A stretch of DNA of 64,000 bases from Acidimicrobiales bacterium (GTDB taxonomy: Bacteria; Actinomycetota; Acidimicrobiia; Acidimicrobiales; SZUA-35), in contig OZ245048.1 of the NCBI GenBank assembly GCA_965224435.1, positions 3,914,282 to 3,978,281 of the forward strand. Direction: 5' to 3'. Under the pieces are notes generated by a model that did no database searches, was not told the origin of the DNA, and saw nothing but the letters and a program-made list of their open reading frames with translations. The translations under genes and the position numbers were made by a program. This document shows positions 63,966 through 64,000 of the stretch, one piece after another. The stretch's first letter is position 1. Each line of letters starts with the position of its first letter.

Positions 63966-64000
63966 AACAGCAAGATTCCTAAGCGGACGCTGTAGCCAGT

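Noticed and set aside
1-64000. Genomic island or mobile element boundaries, tRNA/rRNA genes, and defence systems.
   Set aside because: I found no integrase, transposase, recombinase, phage genes or flanking direct repeats, and no tRNA-like cloverleaf candidates by eye in the few intergenic regions longer than 100 nt. I recognised no nuclease/ATPase/RT defence signatures. tRNA detection by eye is imperfect.

Overview
This is a GC-rich, densely coding chromosomal segment with about 62 CDS. Many genes are joined by ATGA, GTGA or TGATG stop-start overlaps. The gene content points to Actinomycetota: four F420/LLM-type oxidoreductases, WS/DGAT, HelD, CgoX/HemY, Lnt, a PemK-like protein, a mycobacterial-type LexA box, and frequent GTG/TTG starts. 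I saw no rRNA, tRNA, CRISPR array, integrase or transposase. The centre of the window (about 25.3-46.0 kb, almost all on the minus strand) is the most interesting part. It holds a complete E. coli ygf/yqe-type module for a selenium-dependent-class molybdenum hydroxylase: YgfM-like FAD subunit, XdhD-like fused large subunit, SsnA-like amidohydrolase, XdhC, YqeB and YqeC. Around this module sit a pteridine-reductase-like SDR, two Mer-like LLM oxidoreductases, a second COG0402-type amidohydrolase, a VanX-type dipeptidase, a dihydropyrimidinase/hydantoinase, a P450, a stand-alone cNMP-binding protein, and a kinase/aldolase/dehydrogenase operon. Together these read as an uncharacterised N-heterocycle (purine or pteridine-like) catabolic island. 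Three short tandem repeats in the island sit exactly on gene starts. A 17-bp repeat builds a chain of three ATGA-coupled 6-codon mini-ORFs between xdhC and yqeB. A 14-bp duplication lies at the ssnA start. An 18-bp repeat of about 9 copies lies at the 5' end of an amidohydrolase gene. Other notable points: a perfect TCGAAC-N4-GTTCGA LexA box directly upstream of a 62-aa orphan ORF; an Lnt homologue with Ser in place of the catalytic Cys; an alkylsulfatase homologue with a degenerate metal motif; a WS/DGAT with a histone-like Lys/Ala/Pro tail; and orphan membrane proteins built from repeated 2TM + small-domain modules. All functional calls come from motif recognition by eye. No database search was run.
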